A stretch of 64,000 nt of DNA, taken from NCBI GenBank assembly GCA_016185705.1, contig JACPMZ010000003.1:74900-138899 (forward strand). The letters are read 5' to 3'. Position numbers and translations under genes: made by a program. The DNA comes from Candidatus Woesearchaeota archaeon (GTDB lineage: Archaea > Nanobdellota > Nanobdellia > Woesearchaeales > UBA10216). The notes under the pieces were generated by a model. That model did no database searches, was not told the origin of the DNA, and saw only the letters and a list, made by a program, of their open reading frames with translations. This document shows positions 30,501-40,076 of the stretch, piece by piece (position 1 is the stretch's first letter; the number at the start of each line of letters is the position of its first letter).

Positions 30501-31687
30501 CTATCGCAGTTGTATGTCGCTACCTTTATTTCGTTGTTATCGCAATAAACTTCTTGCAGCACTTTGCCTGCTATGCAAAAATCAGGGACAACAATGCAGG
30601 CGCCGCCAGAATCATCAGAATAACATTCTGTCGCCTCTCCCTTAACCTCAATCTTGAAGCCGCTGTCAGAATCAACGCAGATCTGATTTGACTTGGCTGC
30701 AGGGCAGCTACAATCATTATTGCAATTCGTGCAAGACTCAGAGGATTCACATACGTTGTTTCCACACTGGTTACAGTCCTTGGTGAGAAGTTTATTGCTA
30801 TCATCGCAGTCATTTCCCTTAGCGCAGTTTACTCCGAAGCCGTCACCATCGTTGTCAACGCACTTTTTTCGATTTAAGCATTTTGCCGGGTTGCCAAGTA
30901 CTGGCGCCCCGCCGATAGTTGTTGTAACGCAAAGAAATCCCTCATTGCACTGGTTATTTGGTTCACAACAATTTTGATTAGGGCCGCCACATTCTGTCTT
31001 AACCGGGCAGCTGCCACATGTGCTGGTTTCCTGGCAGCAGATTCCAGACTGGCAGTCCACATTCCCCTTACATGACACGCCGTCAGGAGCCTGGCACTGG
31101 CTGTTAGGACAGGTGTTAAAACACCCACCGCAGTAAGAGCACTCTGTCAGCCCAGAACAGCAGCCGAGGGTCTTTGGCTGCTGCCCCCACTCACCGCAGG
31201 AGCAGTCCTTAGTGCCGGTAACGGTTCTCGTATTTCCGCAGTTGCTTTCCTGACTGAACTTTTCACCCTTGCAAACGCTGGAACGATCGGGCGACCATGA
31301 CGAATCAACGCAACACGGCGCATTGCCGCATTCTCCGCAACTGCTCTGCAGAGAAGAGCCGCAGTGCCTGTTGCAGTCATCAAATCCGCCGCAGCCACCG
31401 CCATAAGCGCAGCCATCCTTAAGACTGGTAATAGGGCAAGTGCCGCCGCAGCCGTCACTGAAGCCACAGAAGGGATAAGAGCAGGAAGGTGTGCACGGCT
31501 CTTGTTCAATTGGCTTAACAGATTCGTGCTTACACTGGCCAATGCAGTCAACATAATTGTCCAGTTCCGGCTCGCAGCCGCAATGGTCAGCCTCGGTAGT
31601 AGAGGAATTCGCCAAGAAAAAAACAGATGTAGCTACCAACAATACGCCAAATACAAATAATTTCCCAACTACCTGTGTTAGGTGCAT
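27506..31687 (-). CDS. Large secreted Cys-rich protein with a C-terminal zincin metallopeptidase domain
   Basis: Signal peptide; ~600 aa of very Cys-rich repeats; two lectin-like beta domains; LYDDGGHGDGDAGD motif; VMLHELGHALG (HExxH). Confidence 0.8.
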   Translation of the reverse strand: MHLTQVVGKLFVFGVLLVATSVFFLANSSTTEADHCGCEPELDNYVDCIGQCKHESVKPIEQEPCTPSCSYPFCGFSDGCGGTCPITSLKDGCAYGGGCGGFDDCNRHCGSSLQSSCGECGNAPCCVDSSWSPDRSSVCKGEKFSQESNCGNTRTVTGTKDCSCGEWGQQPKTLGCCSGLTECSYCGGCFNTCPNSQCQAPDGVSCKGNVDCQSGICCQETSTCGSCPVKTECGGPNQNCCEPNNQCNEGFLCVTTTIGGAPVLGNPAKCLNRKKCVDNDGDGFGVNCAKGNDCDDSNKLLTKDCNQCGNNVCESSESCTNCNNDCSCPAAKSNQICVDSDSGFKIEVKGEATECYSDDSGGACIVVPDFCIAGKVLQEVYCDNNEIKVATYNCDSDSKCREGACRADAPPSLPGDTDTGRQNAGKCGVECGDTSCAANEVCTVEDLGQLGVPGIDTEIYSCLLDTGCGAVCEDFAQKYSYNVRPKPCSGYADCVSVTGNQFPKTCPQGYLCVGECIELPECEVPEISQCEISYDGERYTLESSWSEVEGAKEYLVLECPAGANYGSDECRTLVVAQNSIRNFDALSPFPEGEKIQVRVEKADSCKTPGAFSGSAECPLASCKLWGFKSIAGIWDCSSANPLHTGTGISGILAVQDIGIVRDFDITTTFEDALATGNYRGICGRIRDNGEAYCLRQTDDNWVEIKKLGSSTIDLSAGFSGVKGSSMRFKSEGDLFLGKVWEKGLPEPFGWTLFGKDREYSTGYVGFYSYGKNEFASLEHESKCGDGTANGECSSTKPYFCNNGRLMSDNRQCGCPLGDTAMPDGSCRGVVEKQCLCGDGSACAAGGLCLGGWRSIEGEWAIEKDTITLKDNNYAAIINLNHKFSDGIISGRIDLPDESFELLMLCGRMSIDAITGYCLNVELRTNQKLLGFTINEKKNYPVTDIAQFTYIAPIVTKKFNGGDEVYVIIMFEGDTMRAKVWGINEIEPDEWDIVVDDIELINGFAGVVGKGFNQNQKVTDFSVKTIQPTVILALDPENVVGGGYVTAVVLAKGFGGKDILLRSNTEGKYLDLYDDGGHGDGDAGDEVFAVSFDTSSYGSGVHEFSVLGRNSDDNYHVLDTAELIVSSAQCERILGSGNNVNFVVVPCLFKESESARFDYYADEIADTFREIEPFSTSLDLFSVYKVGRYDPELIFDDYTEDCRAHTAKIREIAMTCPVDQIIVVAKDSGEASGGYNMVVVPSGIPPCASDGRCPDWHGSADDVVKPVMLHELGHALGNFPHTCGGNPELLVPADPGFHNPACGEIQVSADQPCAEWNNPEYLKWGDMGCYPGCGDAGVKVVGGVTVRKGGAHSDRFKPWPTSVNVMCSDRYLVNGYSPIEKKVLSDKLATGGVG

Positions 31688-31692
31688 TAACC

Positions 31693-32052
31693 TTAGTCCT
31701 TCTCCAAACTGTAGGCAGCTTTGATAGCCACTATGATTGAAGCAGGCACAACAAAAGTAAGTATTGCCAGATAAATCCCTTCAAGATAAGCGCCGATGTT
31801 CGGAACCTGGCCGAGAACTGAGCCGCCGAGCGAAGTTACTATAATCAATGCGAGCGTAGCAATGAGAAACTCCCTCGTTTCCTTCAAGGTAATGTTAAGC
31901 AAGCCAACGATTATGCCCAAAGCAATCAGCGCAGAACTGAGAGTAACTTCCAGCTCATTCGGATAAATAATGCCTCCAACAACAGCCAGCGAAACACCCA
32001 TAAGGAACAGAACGCTGCCAATCTTCAGAGGGTGAGGTTTCGCCATATGCAA
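31693..32052 (-). CDS. Small multi-pass membrane protein
   Basis: Four hydrophobic segments; GIIVGLLNIT..ET.EFL motif. Confidence 0.75.
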   Translation of the reverse strand: MHMAKPHPLKIGSVLFLMGVSLAVVGGIIYPNELEVTLSSALIALGIIVGLLNITLKETREFLIATLALIIVTSLGGSVLGQVPNIGAYLEGIYLAILTFVVPASIIVAIKAAYSLEKD

Positions 32053-32090
32053 CTTATTGGCAGGACTGTTTTTAAAGGTTTCGGAAACGG

Positions 32091-32234
32091 GGTGAAGTCA
32101 AGTTAAGTGGCAAAACCGTCGCATCCTTCCCTGATTTTTTTCTCCCCCCCTTAAAAAATAAGGGGGGGAGAAAAAAATCAGCCAAGCAGGCATCGGCAAG
32201 CTCAGGATTGCAGGACACATAACTTGGCATTACC
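32091..32234. mobile_element. 144-bp MITE with IS1-like terminal inverted repeats and a 9-bp target-site duplication; contains palindrome copy 2 (32131-32181)
   Basis: Ends GGTGAAGTCAAGTT...AACTTGGCATTACC. Flanked by cggaaacgg at 32082-32090 and 32235-32243. Near-identical to 52839-52982. Confidence 0.9.
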
Positions 32235-32351
32235 CGGAAACGGACTCTGCCGGAACTAAGAAACTTTCGCCATTCAGAAGTCCCGTAGAATAGGCAGAGC
32301 CCGAAAATTTACTGCCTGTGCAGCTGGGCTGGTATCCTGCCTTCCCTCTGC

Positions 32352-33248
32352 TCATGTAAAGATTTTTGATACCGCCAATGTCTGCTCAAGTTTTGGCAGC
32401 ACAATTCTTTGGGAAGCAGCAACCGCAGCGAAACACCCCACATGAAAGAGGTTGCTGCCGCCGATGCCCCTTTTGCCGTTGAAACGCACCGGGCGCCCGA
32501 TATTTGCATCAAAGCCAACATACCCGATTCTGTGGTGGCTTTCAATTTTTGGTTTGATGCCAAACATCTTAGCCAATGCTTCAATTGGAGTCCAGCCCTT
32601 ACTGGCGAAGAACATTTCAGCCAAAGCTTCCCTGAGTTCAGGAGAGCCTGCAACCATAAGCACGCGGTCATCCTCCATGAAATCAGGAAGCGTTAATTCT
32701 CCGCTTGGATTGATATTGTATTCGTCTCTGTCTAACGGCACAAAACTCGTATAAGGCGTTCCTGGCGCAGGCACGTTGCCTTTTCTAACGTCTTCAATAT
32801 GCAATCTGGGAACCTCCAGGCCATTGTATCTGCCTTTTCCAACAGCATCCCATTCATCGTCATCATCAATCGGCGCGAATCCATAATGGTGAGCACGCCG
32901 TTCAGCATCAGGAATCCAACAGAGCGCATTGTCGTAAGATTCACTAACTGCTTTTTCAAGCCCCTTCGGAGTTACCAGAGAACCAGCTGAATGCCATACC
33001 TCATAAAACCTGCCATAGGGATAGCGCTGTCCATGACATTCCACAGTATTTGTATCAATCCCTGCTCGCATAATCGCCTCACGAACCTCAGGATTAGCCA
33101 TTGCCTGTATTGCCATCGGCATGTCAGCTACTCTCAAGCCGTGTTCTGCAGCTAATATATCTGCCTTTTTTCGGGCCTTGGCATAGCCAGTCCTGCCTGT
33201 AACCGCTGCGAGCACACGGGATTCCCCTTGAACAATTATTTGCGGCAT
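32352..33248 (-). CDS. Hypothetical protein
   Basis: Long ORF; likely start MPQIIV. No recognised motif. Confidence 0.65.
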   Translation of the reverse strand: MPQIIVQGESRVLAAVTGRTGYAKARKKADILAAEHGLRVADMPMAIQAMANPEVREAIMRAGIDTNTVECHGQRYPYGRFYEVWHSAGSLVTPKGLEKAVSESYDNALCWIPDAERRAHHYGFAPIDDDDEWDAVGKGRYNGLEVPRLHIEDVRKGNVPAPGTPYTSFVPLDRDEYNINPSGELTLPDFMEDDRVLMVAGSPELREALAEMFFASKGWTPIEALAKMFGIKPKIESHHRIGYVGFDANIGRPVRFNGKRGIGGSNLFHVGCFAAVAASQRIVLPKLEQTLAVSKIFT

Positions 33249-33508
33249 TTTGAAGCGAACTCCATTATCCTGTATTCTTACAGGCAAAGTGCAGGCAGTA
33301 TTTAAGGATTGCGGTTTTATAATCACCGCATAGTAGTGGAATAAAAACAGACTGCGGCGCACAACCCCTCCATGTCTTAATGCGTTCTCCGGAACAGAAA
33401 AATCTTCATGTGGATTATAAAAACCTTCTTGAAACTCAGTAACGCTCTGCTGTTAACGAATGAATGGCCACATGCAATCGTATGAACATACTTAATATAT
33501 AAAATTTG

Positions 33509-34426
33509 TCACTCCCTAACCTCAGCGTCATCAATAATTCCGTCTGAGTCAAGGTCAACGCCTTCAACAACCTTTGCAGCTATTTTTTTGTTTCTTACGT
33601 TGCCTGCGCTAATCTCCTTAAAATGCTTTAAGAAAGCAACGATGGCAGCCCTTGTTCCTGAGTAGCGCTTGCCTGCAACAACCAAAACGCTTTTTTCGCT
33701 GTTGAACGGAGATTTTGCCTTAACAATGATGCCTGACTCATCGCTTGGGTAAACTGAATCTGATACAGTGCTTCTGATGCTCCAGTTCTCTGCCTTATCA
33801 AACCTTATTGGAAGCTTCTGGTTAACCGCGCCTGTAACTTTGTTGACAATCGGGCCGCCTATCAGAATTAAATGATTGCCTTTCAATTCCTGCTCCTGCA
33901 CTTCAGTATCAAGCTTAACGTAAAGCTTCGGAACATAATTAAGGAATGTGCCCAGAAACAACGCAAGGTCCATGCCGTAATAGCCGTCGCGGGAACGCGC
34001 TTTGTCAGGCCCGTGCGGGTCAGGGCTGCCAACTATAATTAATGCGCTGAGCTTTCCGTTATCTATGAAAGGATGCAGAAACTCAGAGTCTGACTTCAGC
34101 TGAATCTGCGTGGGCTCAAGCTCCCTGAACTTAATAACTACTGCGGGCTTCTCAACAGCGTAAAACTTAGCAACAGCGCCCTGCCGCGTTTCCTGCCTGA
34201 CAACCTTAACGATGCCTGCGCTATGCAAGTTGCGGATGTGATAATAAATTTTCTGCTCATGAACCTTAAGGGCTTTAGCTATTTCTACCGGATACATCGG
34301 CTTTGAAGAAAGCAGCTTGATTATTTTTATGGCCAGCTCAGAGCTGACGCTGCCTGCATTCTTCGCATCCACCTCGCATGCAGGAAGCGAATACACCCCA
34401 TCTGCCCTTTTGTCAACCGCAAACAT
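33509..34426 (-). CDS. ArsR-like HTH transcriptional regulator with a C-terminal domain
   Basis: PMYPVEIAKALKVHEQKIYYHIRNL HTH; C-terminal LILIGGPIVN..VVAG..YSGT domain. Confidence 0.8.
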   Translation of the reverse strand: MFAVDKRADGVYSLPACEVDAKNAGSVSSELAIKIIKLLSSKPMYPVEIAKALKVHEQKIYYHIRNLHSAGIVKVVRQETRQGAVAKFYAVEKPAVVIKFRELEPTQIQLKSDSEFLHPFIDNGKLSALIIVGSPDPHGPDKARSRDGYYGMDLALFLGTFLNYVPKLYVKLDTEVQEQELKGNHLILIGGPIVNKVTGAVNQKLPIRFDKAENWSIRSTVSDSVYPSDESGIIVKAKSPFNSEKSVLVVAGKRYSGTRAAIVAFLKHFKEISAGNVRNKKIAAKVVEGVDLDSDGIIDDAEVRE

Positions 34427-34504
34427 AGCAACCACTTGTCTAAACTGCCTGAGCATTCACTCAAAGCGCTGTTACCCTTTTCACCAGCCAACTTCCCCAC
34501 TAAA

Positions 34505-34551
34505 CTGCTTTTTTCCCTCCCCTAAAATTTAAGGGGGAGGGAAAAAAGCAG
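34505..34551. repeat. Intergenic palindrome family, copy 3
   Basis: ctgcttttttccctcccct-aaaatttaa-gggggagggaaaaaagcag. Confidence 0.85.
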
Positions 34552-34673
34552 CAATCCAAAAAGCAAGCACGGCGCTTGGAAACTTACCACTTTAAATAAA
34601 TTTTTATCTACGTTAAAAAATAATTATAAGTACATATTTAATTCTTTCCATTTTAAAACAGGAAAGTTTTTAT

Positions 34674-36080
34674 ATGGCTGCATTCATAAACAAAGCCATG
34701 ATCAAAAAATTTCTGGCAGTTTCAGCAGTAGTGGCCATGCTGCTGCTAATCCCTTATGCAATCGCCCAGTCGGATGACGATTCAAATAAACCCCGGGAAA
34801 GATTAAATGCAGTGAAAGACAGGCAGGACAGTCCAAACGCAGCAGCCGCCCCTGCCAGGGAACGGCTTGCAGAAGCGCTGAACAAGAGAAACGAAGCGCT
34901 GCAGAAGGAAGCGTTTGCAAAGCTCAACGATGCAGACAAAACCAGATTCAGGAATCTGGACAGCAGACGGCTGGAGAAAATCTCGGCATTAGATGCGGAC
35001 AAAGTCAGCAAATTAAAAGCTGTCAGCAAAGACAGGCTGAGAGTTGTCGCTGCACACGCTGACAGACTGGCAGGGCTTGAACAGGCAGACCTTGCAAAAG
35101 CAGCACAGCTTGACAGAAGCAGGATAAAAGAGCTTGCTGCGCTGAGCCCTGAAAACGCAGCAGGCAGATTAAAAAATATACGCATAGTAAAAGCAAATGA
35201 GGATTTCAAAATCAGGCCTCTTGCAACAGGCAGGATTACAGCTGCTGCTGCTGCGCACAAAAGAATTCAGGACAAAAAAGAGGAACTGCGCGCTGCATAC
35301 GCTCAGAGAATTGACAAAGTCAAGGCAGCCAAGGAAAAACTCAGAAACTGCGAAGGGGATTGCGATACTGTCAGGCAGGAAGCAATTGACAGAGCCAGGG
35401 AAGCAGCGCTGAATGTTATAGAAAGACTAACCAATCACATAGAAAAAATCAAGGAAAGAGTCAGCACTTCGCAGGACCTGAGCGAGGAAGAGATAGCTGA
35501 CAGAATTGCAAAGCTCGACAGCTTGCTTGAAGAAGTGTCATCTGTTCAGGCAGCAGTTGAAGCTGCAGCAACAAAGGAAGAATTGAATGCCGCTGTAAAA
35601 GAGCTGCGACAGATAGTTGCGAAAATAAAGATAAAAACAAATGCTCACGCGCAGGGGCTCGTAAGGGCAAGGGTAATCGGAATAGTTCATTCAGGAAATG
35701 TAATTGAAAAGAAACTTGACTGCTCGCTCGCAGCTTTGGAGGAAGAAGGCGCAGACACAAGCGAAATAGATGTATTGATGGACGAATACAGCAGACTGAT
35801 GGCAGCAGCAAGGGAAAAAGCCAAAGAGGCAAAAGACGTATTTGAAAAGGAAGATGAAGCTGCGGTGGAAGCAGCCAGGCAACTAATCATTGAAGCAAGA
35901 GAATCAGCAAAGCAGGCGCACAACCTGCTGCCTGAAATCAGGGCAGCCATAGCAAAGCTTGGCGGTGGCGGAGCTGCATGCGAGGAAGCGCAGGAAATAG
36001 CAATTGAGGCGGAAGCTGACGCGGAGACTGAGCAGGAAATAGAAGCGGGAGACGAAAAAAATGAAACTGATACTGATTAG
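34674..36080 (+). CDS. Secreted alpha-helical coiled-coil protein
   Basis: Signal peptide, A/E/K/R-rich helical repeats and an acidic tail. Confidence 0.8.
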   Translation: MAAFINKAMIKKFLAVSAVVAMLLLIPYAIAQSDDDSNKPRERLNAVKDRQDSPNAAAAPARERLAEALNKRNEALQKEAFAKLNDADKTRFRNLDSRRLEKISALDADKVSKLKAVSKDRLRVVAAHADRLAGLEQADLAKAAQLDRSRIKELAALSPENAAGRLKNIRIVKANEDFKIRPLATGRITAAAAAHKRIQDKKEELRAAYAQRIDKVKAAKEKLRNCEGDCDTVRQEAIDRAREAALNVIERLTNHIEKIKERVSTSQDLSEEEIADRIAKLDSLLEEVSSVQAAVEAAATKEELNAAVKELRQIVAKIKIKTNAHAQGLVRARVIGIVHSGNVIEKKLDCSLAALEEEGADTSEIDVLMDEYSRLMAAAREKAKEAKDVFEKEDEAAVEAARQLIIEARESAKQAHNLLPEIRAAIAKLGGGGAACEEAQEIAIEAEADAETEQEIEAGDEKNETDTD

Positions 36081-36288
36081 CTTATTTGCTGTAATGCTGG
36101 CTGCGGCATGCACGCCCTCTGGGCCAGCAGAAGCGCCTGTATCAGAAATCACACCCCCTGAGACAACTGCCACAGAAGCTGACATACAGTCAGTGAGCGA
36201 ACCAACTGCAGAACAAATAGAATCAGAGCTTGACACTTCTGAACTGGATGCCATAAACGATGATTTGGACCTGATGATTGTGGAGTAG
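36061..36288 (+). CDS. Small acidic lipoprotein-like protein
   Basis: MKLILISLFAVMLAAAC is a lipobox-like signal. Confidence 0.65.
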   Translation: MKLILISLFAVMLAAACTPSGPAEAPVSEITPPETTATEADIQSVSEPTAEQIESELDTSELDAINDDLDLMIVE

Positions 36289-36343
36289 CAAACTGTCTGA
36301 ATCTTCACCCATCCCTATTCTAAGCTGCCCGCATATTCGTGCA

Positions 36344-36393
36344 GCACTCTATTTCCGCTCCCTTCAAAAGTTAAGGAGGCGGAAACAGAGCGC
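36344..36393. repeat. Intergenic palindrome family, copy 4
   Basis: gcactctatttccgctccctt-caaaagtt-aaggaggcggaaacagagcgc. Confidence 0.75.
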
Positions 36394-36451
36394 AGAAGGA
36401 AAATGTTATGGAGATGCGCAAGGGAGCTCGCAGAATAATAACAAGCACAAA

Positions 36452-36724
36452 TCAAAGCAGCGTCCTGATATTATCAAGATGGTCTGCCATGTCAGAGCCC
36501 TTCTTTGTCAGCGCAAGGAGCTTTAGTCTGCCCTGCTTCTCAAAATTCACCAACCCGGCTTTTTCCATCTCCTGCAGAATCTTTACGACATGGGAATAAG
36601 TGCAGTCAATAGTTTTTGCGAGCGATGAAGCATAAACCCCGCTCTTGGCGTTACGCAGCTCAACGAGCATCATCGCCGGCTTCTCGCGAAAAAATACGTT
36701 AAAAATCTCCGGATTCTCCATCAA
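36452..36724 (-). CDS. Winged-helix (MarR-like) DNA-binding protein
   Basis: YASSLAKTIDCTYSHVVKILQEMEKAGLV...GRLKLLALTKKG. Confidence 0.85.
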   Translation of the reverse strand: MMENPEIFNVFFREKPAMMLVELRNAKSGVYASSLAKTIDCTYSHVVKILQEMEKAGLVNFEKQGRLKLLALTKKGSDMADHLDNIRTLL

Positions 36725-36841
36725 TGTTTACCCCCTCAACTCCAACCATTATTTTTTAGCATATATATAAATGTTTCTGTGCAAAAAATTTCTCCGACGG
36801 CAACACAGCCTGATTCAACAAAGCAAAACTCCGCGTTCCAA

Positions 36842-37597
36842 CTACTCCCAACTCTTTAATGCATCCTGCTCTACAAAATGCAGCTCTCCCGGAACAACGA
36901 GGCTGTGCGGCTGCCTGCCAAAATTTAAGCGCCTTAATTCAGCAGCAGTGCCTGACTTAATTGCGAAATCATCGCTGCCAACCCTCGCAACGCCAACGCA
37001 AAAGGTTTTTTCAGTAAAAACGCTCTGCTGCCGCCTTGACTCTATTTCAAGCAGAATGTCAATGGCTTCCTTCACAGTCATAAACTTATCCTGCTCCGGC
37101 TTAAGGTCAAGCATTAAAAGAGTGTGAAGCCCAAGGATTTTGTTCTGCCTAATGACTTCGTAAGAAGTCTCAGGCCGAAAGCTTTTATCCGGATAAGGAA
37201 TGGAAGTTGTTTTACCGAACTTGTAAATCTGCAAGCCGGTAATGCCGACAGCAGTCAAGATTGAAGCGTTGTGAATCACCTTAAATTTAACGTTATTTTT
37301 TTTGCAGCGAAGCATGATGTCAATATGAGTGGTTGCTCCGAACGGATCTCCAATAACGAGCAGGGCAACGTCCTTAACTTTAGCAGCCTCAATGAGCTCA
37401 TCATCCTGCTCAACAAATCTGCGGCCAACAACCTTAATTTCCCTGCCATAAAACTTTTCCAATGAAGAAACGCTGCAGTCAATCAAGCTGGTATAGTTTT
37501 CCAGATAAACCTCATCGCAGCTCTTAATTGCTTCCAGCCCCTTAGCCGTAATGTCTTTCTCGTCATTCAGCCCGATGCCGATTAAGTAAAGTGTCAT
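36842..37597 (-). CDS. dph5: Diphthine synthase
   Basis: LYLIGIGL, YLENYTS, GDPFGATTH, HNASI, YKFGKTTSI and HTLLMLD motifs. Confidence 0.96.
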   Translation of the reverse strand: MTLYLIGIGLNDEKDITAKGLEAIKSCDEVYLENYTSLIDCSVSSLEKFYGREIKVVGRRFVEQDDELIEAAKVKDVALLVIGDPFGATTHIDIMLRCKKNNVKFKVIHNASILTAVGITGLQIYKFGKTTSIPYPDKSFRPETSYEVIRQNKILGLHTLLMLDLKPEQDKFMTVKEAIDILLEIESRRQQSVFTEKTFCVGVARVGSDDFAIKSGTAAELRRLNFGRQPHSLVVPGELHFVEQDALKSWE

Positions 37598-37641
37598 TAC
37601 AGCAGGCAACATCAAACCATTTATAAAAGCTTTTGAATTAC

Positions 37642-37787
37642 GGCCTTATTGAAAAGTTCACGCAGCCTCGCTCTGTTGCTGGCTTCCCTTCCTACTTTTT
37701 CCCTCCCTTAAATATTCAAGGGAGGGAAAAAGCAGGAAGAACGGCGGGATAAACGCAGCGGTAAAGTGAACTTTTTTCAATAGCACC
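37642..37787. mobile_element. 146-bp MITE of a second end type (8-bp duplication); contains palindrome copy 5 (37688-37739)
   Basis: Ends GGCCTTATTGAAAAGTTCAC / GTGAACTTTTTTCAATAGCACC. Flanks tgaattac (37634-41) and ggaattac (37788-95), 7/8 identical. Confidence 0.72.
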
Positions 37788-37849
37788 GGAATTACAAATG
37801 TATTTTAGACCAAGGAAAAGGAAAGAGCAGCGTTTATTTGATTGAACTG

Positions 37850-38272
37850 CTATCTGCTCGCTTCTGCCAATGAAACGCGCTTTAACTCTTTTACCCTGTC
37901 AAAATCAGCGTCGTCTGTGATTATTTCCTTTTCGCCGTGCAGGATTGCTGTTGCGGCGTGAAGGGCGTCGCGGGGGCGCAGCGCACATTTGATTGCAAGT
38001 TCTGCCGCTTTTTTTGCAATAGGAACAGTAACATCCTGTGCACTTAAATTTGGCAAGCTTAAAACAATCCCGCCTTTCTCAACAGCCTCCTTTAAGGGCA
38101 TTGATGCCCTGCAAATCCAAGTTACTTCATCCCATGTTAAAATTGACGTGGAAGCTGCAATGCGCATATCAGCAATTTCTTGGAGAATATGCTTTGATTG
38201 AACGGCTTTTGCGTCACTTAAATCGCCTATTGCCGCCGCGTAAATAAATACATTAGCGTCTAAGTAAACCAT
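37850..38272 (-). CDS. vapC: VapC-like PIN domain toxin
   Basis: VYLDANVF, E, RPRDALHAA and TDDADFD PIN motifs. Confidence 0.9.
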   Translation of the reverse strand: MVYLDANVFIYAAAIGDLSDAKAVQSKHILQEIADMRIAASTSILTWDEVTWICRASMPLKEAVEKGGIVLSLPNLSAQDVTVPIAKKAAELAIKCALRPRDALHAATAILHGEKEIITDDADFDRVKELKRVSLAEASR

Positions 38273-38522
38273 ATTCTTCCTCATACTGTTCGTTGAGCCT
38301 CTTCTTAATCCATTTAACAGGATCGCCTTTTATTTTTATCCTGCGGCTTGAACTGCAGAATTCTTCAACAATCTGCTGTGGTGTTTTTGCAGGCTTCACA
38401 ACCATCTCATCGCCTTTTACTTCAACAGTCACTTCACTCCCTGCACGAAGCCCAAGCTGTTCCCGAATGTCCTTTGGCACAACAAACTGGCCGCGTTCGC
38501 CAATTGCCCTTTTAACCAGCAT
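38253..38522 (-). CDS. AbrB/MazE-family antitoxin
   Basis: IGERGQFVVPKDIREQLGLRAGSEV; overlaps vapC. Confidence 0.9.
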   Translation of the reverse strand: MLVKRAIGERGQFVVPKDIREQLGLRAGSEVTVEVKGDEMVVKPAKTPQQIVEEFCSSSRRIKIKGDPVKWIKKRLNEQYEEEYGLLRR

Positions 38523-38703
38523 CTTAAACCACCTTTCCAGCAGCCACAGCCGTTAAAATTCATACCTGCTAATCAGAAAAAGTATGAATTTATATATAAA
38601 GTTTTCTGATTTGATTGGCTTTAATTTTTACTATCAGTTAGTAGTTAAAATAGAAAGATTTATAAAGGGGCGGCGCAGCATGAAACAAAGAGGGGGTATC
38701 AGA

Positions 38704-39081
38704 ATGGCAAACATTGTAGTAGCGGATGATGAACCTGCGATAAGCGGATTTTACAGAGACGCGCTTGAAATGCTTGGGCACACTGTTTATGCGGCAGGAA
38801 ATGGAAGGGAAGCAGCATCGTTACTTGAAGAACTTACTGGTGCCGGTACTGATGTTGGGCTTGTAATCACTGATTATAATATGCCAGGCATGAGTGGAAT
38901 TGAGCTGCTCCAATTTATGAGTGAGGGGCAATATGGAATGCAGGCCATAATGATATCATCTGATTCAGATAATGCAGTGGCTGAGAAAGCGGAGAGTGCA
39001 GGGGCAGCCTTTTACAAAAAGCCAATAAGGCTGCAGGATCTAATTGAAGCAGTAGAATCAGCGCTTGCGGGAAAAAAATGA
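38704..39081 (+). CDS. Stand-alone response regulator receiver (CheY-like)
   Basis: IVVADDE, ITDYNMPGMSG, ISS and KKP motifs. ATGA-coupled to the GH15 gene. Confidence 0.9.
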   Translation: MANIVVADDEPAISGFYRDALEMLGHTVYAAGNGREAASLLEELTGAGTDVGLVITDYNMPGMSGIELLQFMSEGQYGMQAIMISSDSDNAVAEKAESAGAAFYKKPIRLQDLIEAVESALAGKK

Positions 39082-40076
39082 TAGCCAGAAGCATACAGAT
39101 ACTTGAAAAGCTGCAGCATCCGACAGGGCTGTTCAGCGCGAGCAGCGCTGCCGGAACAGGGTATAACAAGTCATGGATAAGGGATAATGTTTATGCTGCT
39201 CTCGGCTTTGAAGCTGTGAAGGATAATGCTGCGGTGAGGAAAGCTTACCGGGCGATGCTGGACATACTTCTGAAGCACGAATACAAAATAGACTGGATGA
39301 TAAGGCAGCCAACTCCCAAAGAAGCATTCAGGTACATACATGCACGCTACAACCCGCGAACAATGGAAGAGATATATGAGCCGTGGGGCAACAAGCAGAA
39401 CGACGCAGTAGGAGCAGTGCTGTTCAAAATTGGAGAGCTTGAAAGCAAAGGCATCAGAATCATACGCAACAGCAGCGATGTCAGGATTCTGCAAAAGCTT
39501 GTAAATTATCTTGCAGCTATTGAATACTGGCACGACCGCGACAACGGAATGTGGGAGGAAAGCGAGGAGGTGCATGCTTCAAGCGTTGGAGCGTGCGTTG
39601 CCGGATTAAAAATGATTCAGAAAATTGACGGAATTGAGGTTGAGCAGCAGCTGATAAAAAAAGGGGAAGAAACACTGAATGGACTGCTGCCGGCAGAGTC
39701 AGAAACAAAGGAAGCTGATTTGGCATTGCTGTCGCTGATTTATCCGTATAATGTTGTTAATGCAATGCAGCGGGATGCGATTTTAAACAATGTTGAACAG
39801 CAACTTGCCAGGAACAGAGGAGTGATAAGGTACAAAGGCGACAAGTATTACAGCAACGGCTCAGAGGCAGAATGGTGCTTCGGATTCCCGTGGCTCGCAA
39901 TAATTTATAAAAACCTTAACAGGGCTGACAAATACGCATATTACCTTAGAAAAACCCTTGAAATCGCAAACCCGGAGGGAGAGATTCCTGAACTTTACTA
40001 CGGCAACACCGCAGAATGCAATGAGAACTCGCCGCTTGCGTGGGCTCAGTCGCTTAGCGTGGTGGCGAGCGCATAA
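39078..40076 (+). CDS. GH15-like glucoamylase / phosphorylase-kinase-alpha/beta-like domain protein
   Basis: WIRDNVY, QNDAVG, DNGMWEE, GVIRYKGDKY and IPELY..PLAWAQS motifs. Confidence 0.82.
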   Translation: MIARSIQILEKLQHPTGLFSASSAAGTGYNKSWIRDNVYAALGFEAVKDNAAVRKAYRAMLDILLKHEYKIDWMIRQPTPKEAFRYIHARYNPRTMEEIYEPWGNKQNDAVGAVLFKIGELESKGIRIIRNSSDVRILQKLVNYLAAIEYWHDRDNGMWEESEEVHASSVGACVAGLKMIQKIDGIEVEQQLIKKGEETLNGLLPAESETKEADLALLSLIYPYNVVNAMQRDAILNNVEQQLARNRGVIRYKGDKYYSNGSEAEWCFGFPWLAIIYKNLNRADKYAYYLRKTLEIANPEGEIPELYYGNTAECNENSPLAWAQSLSVVASA

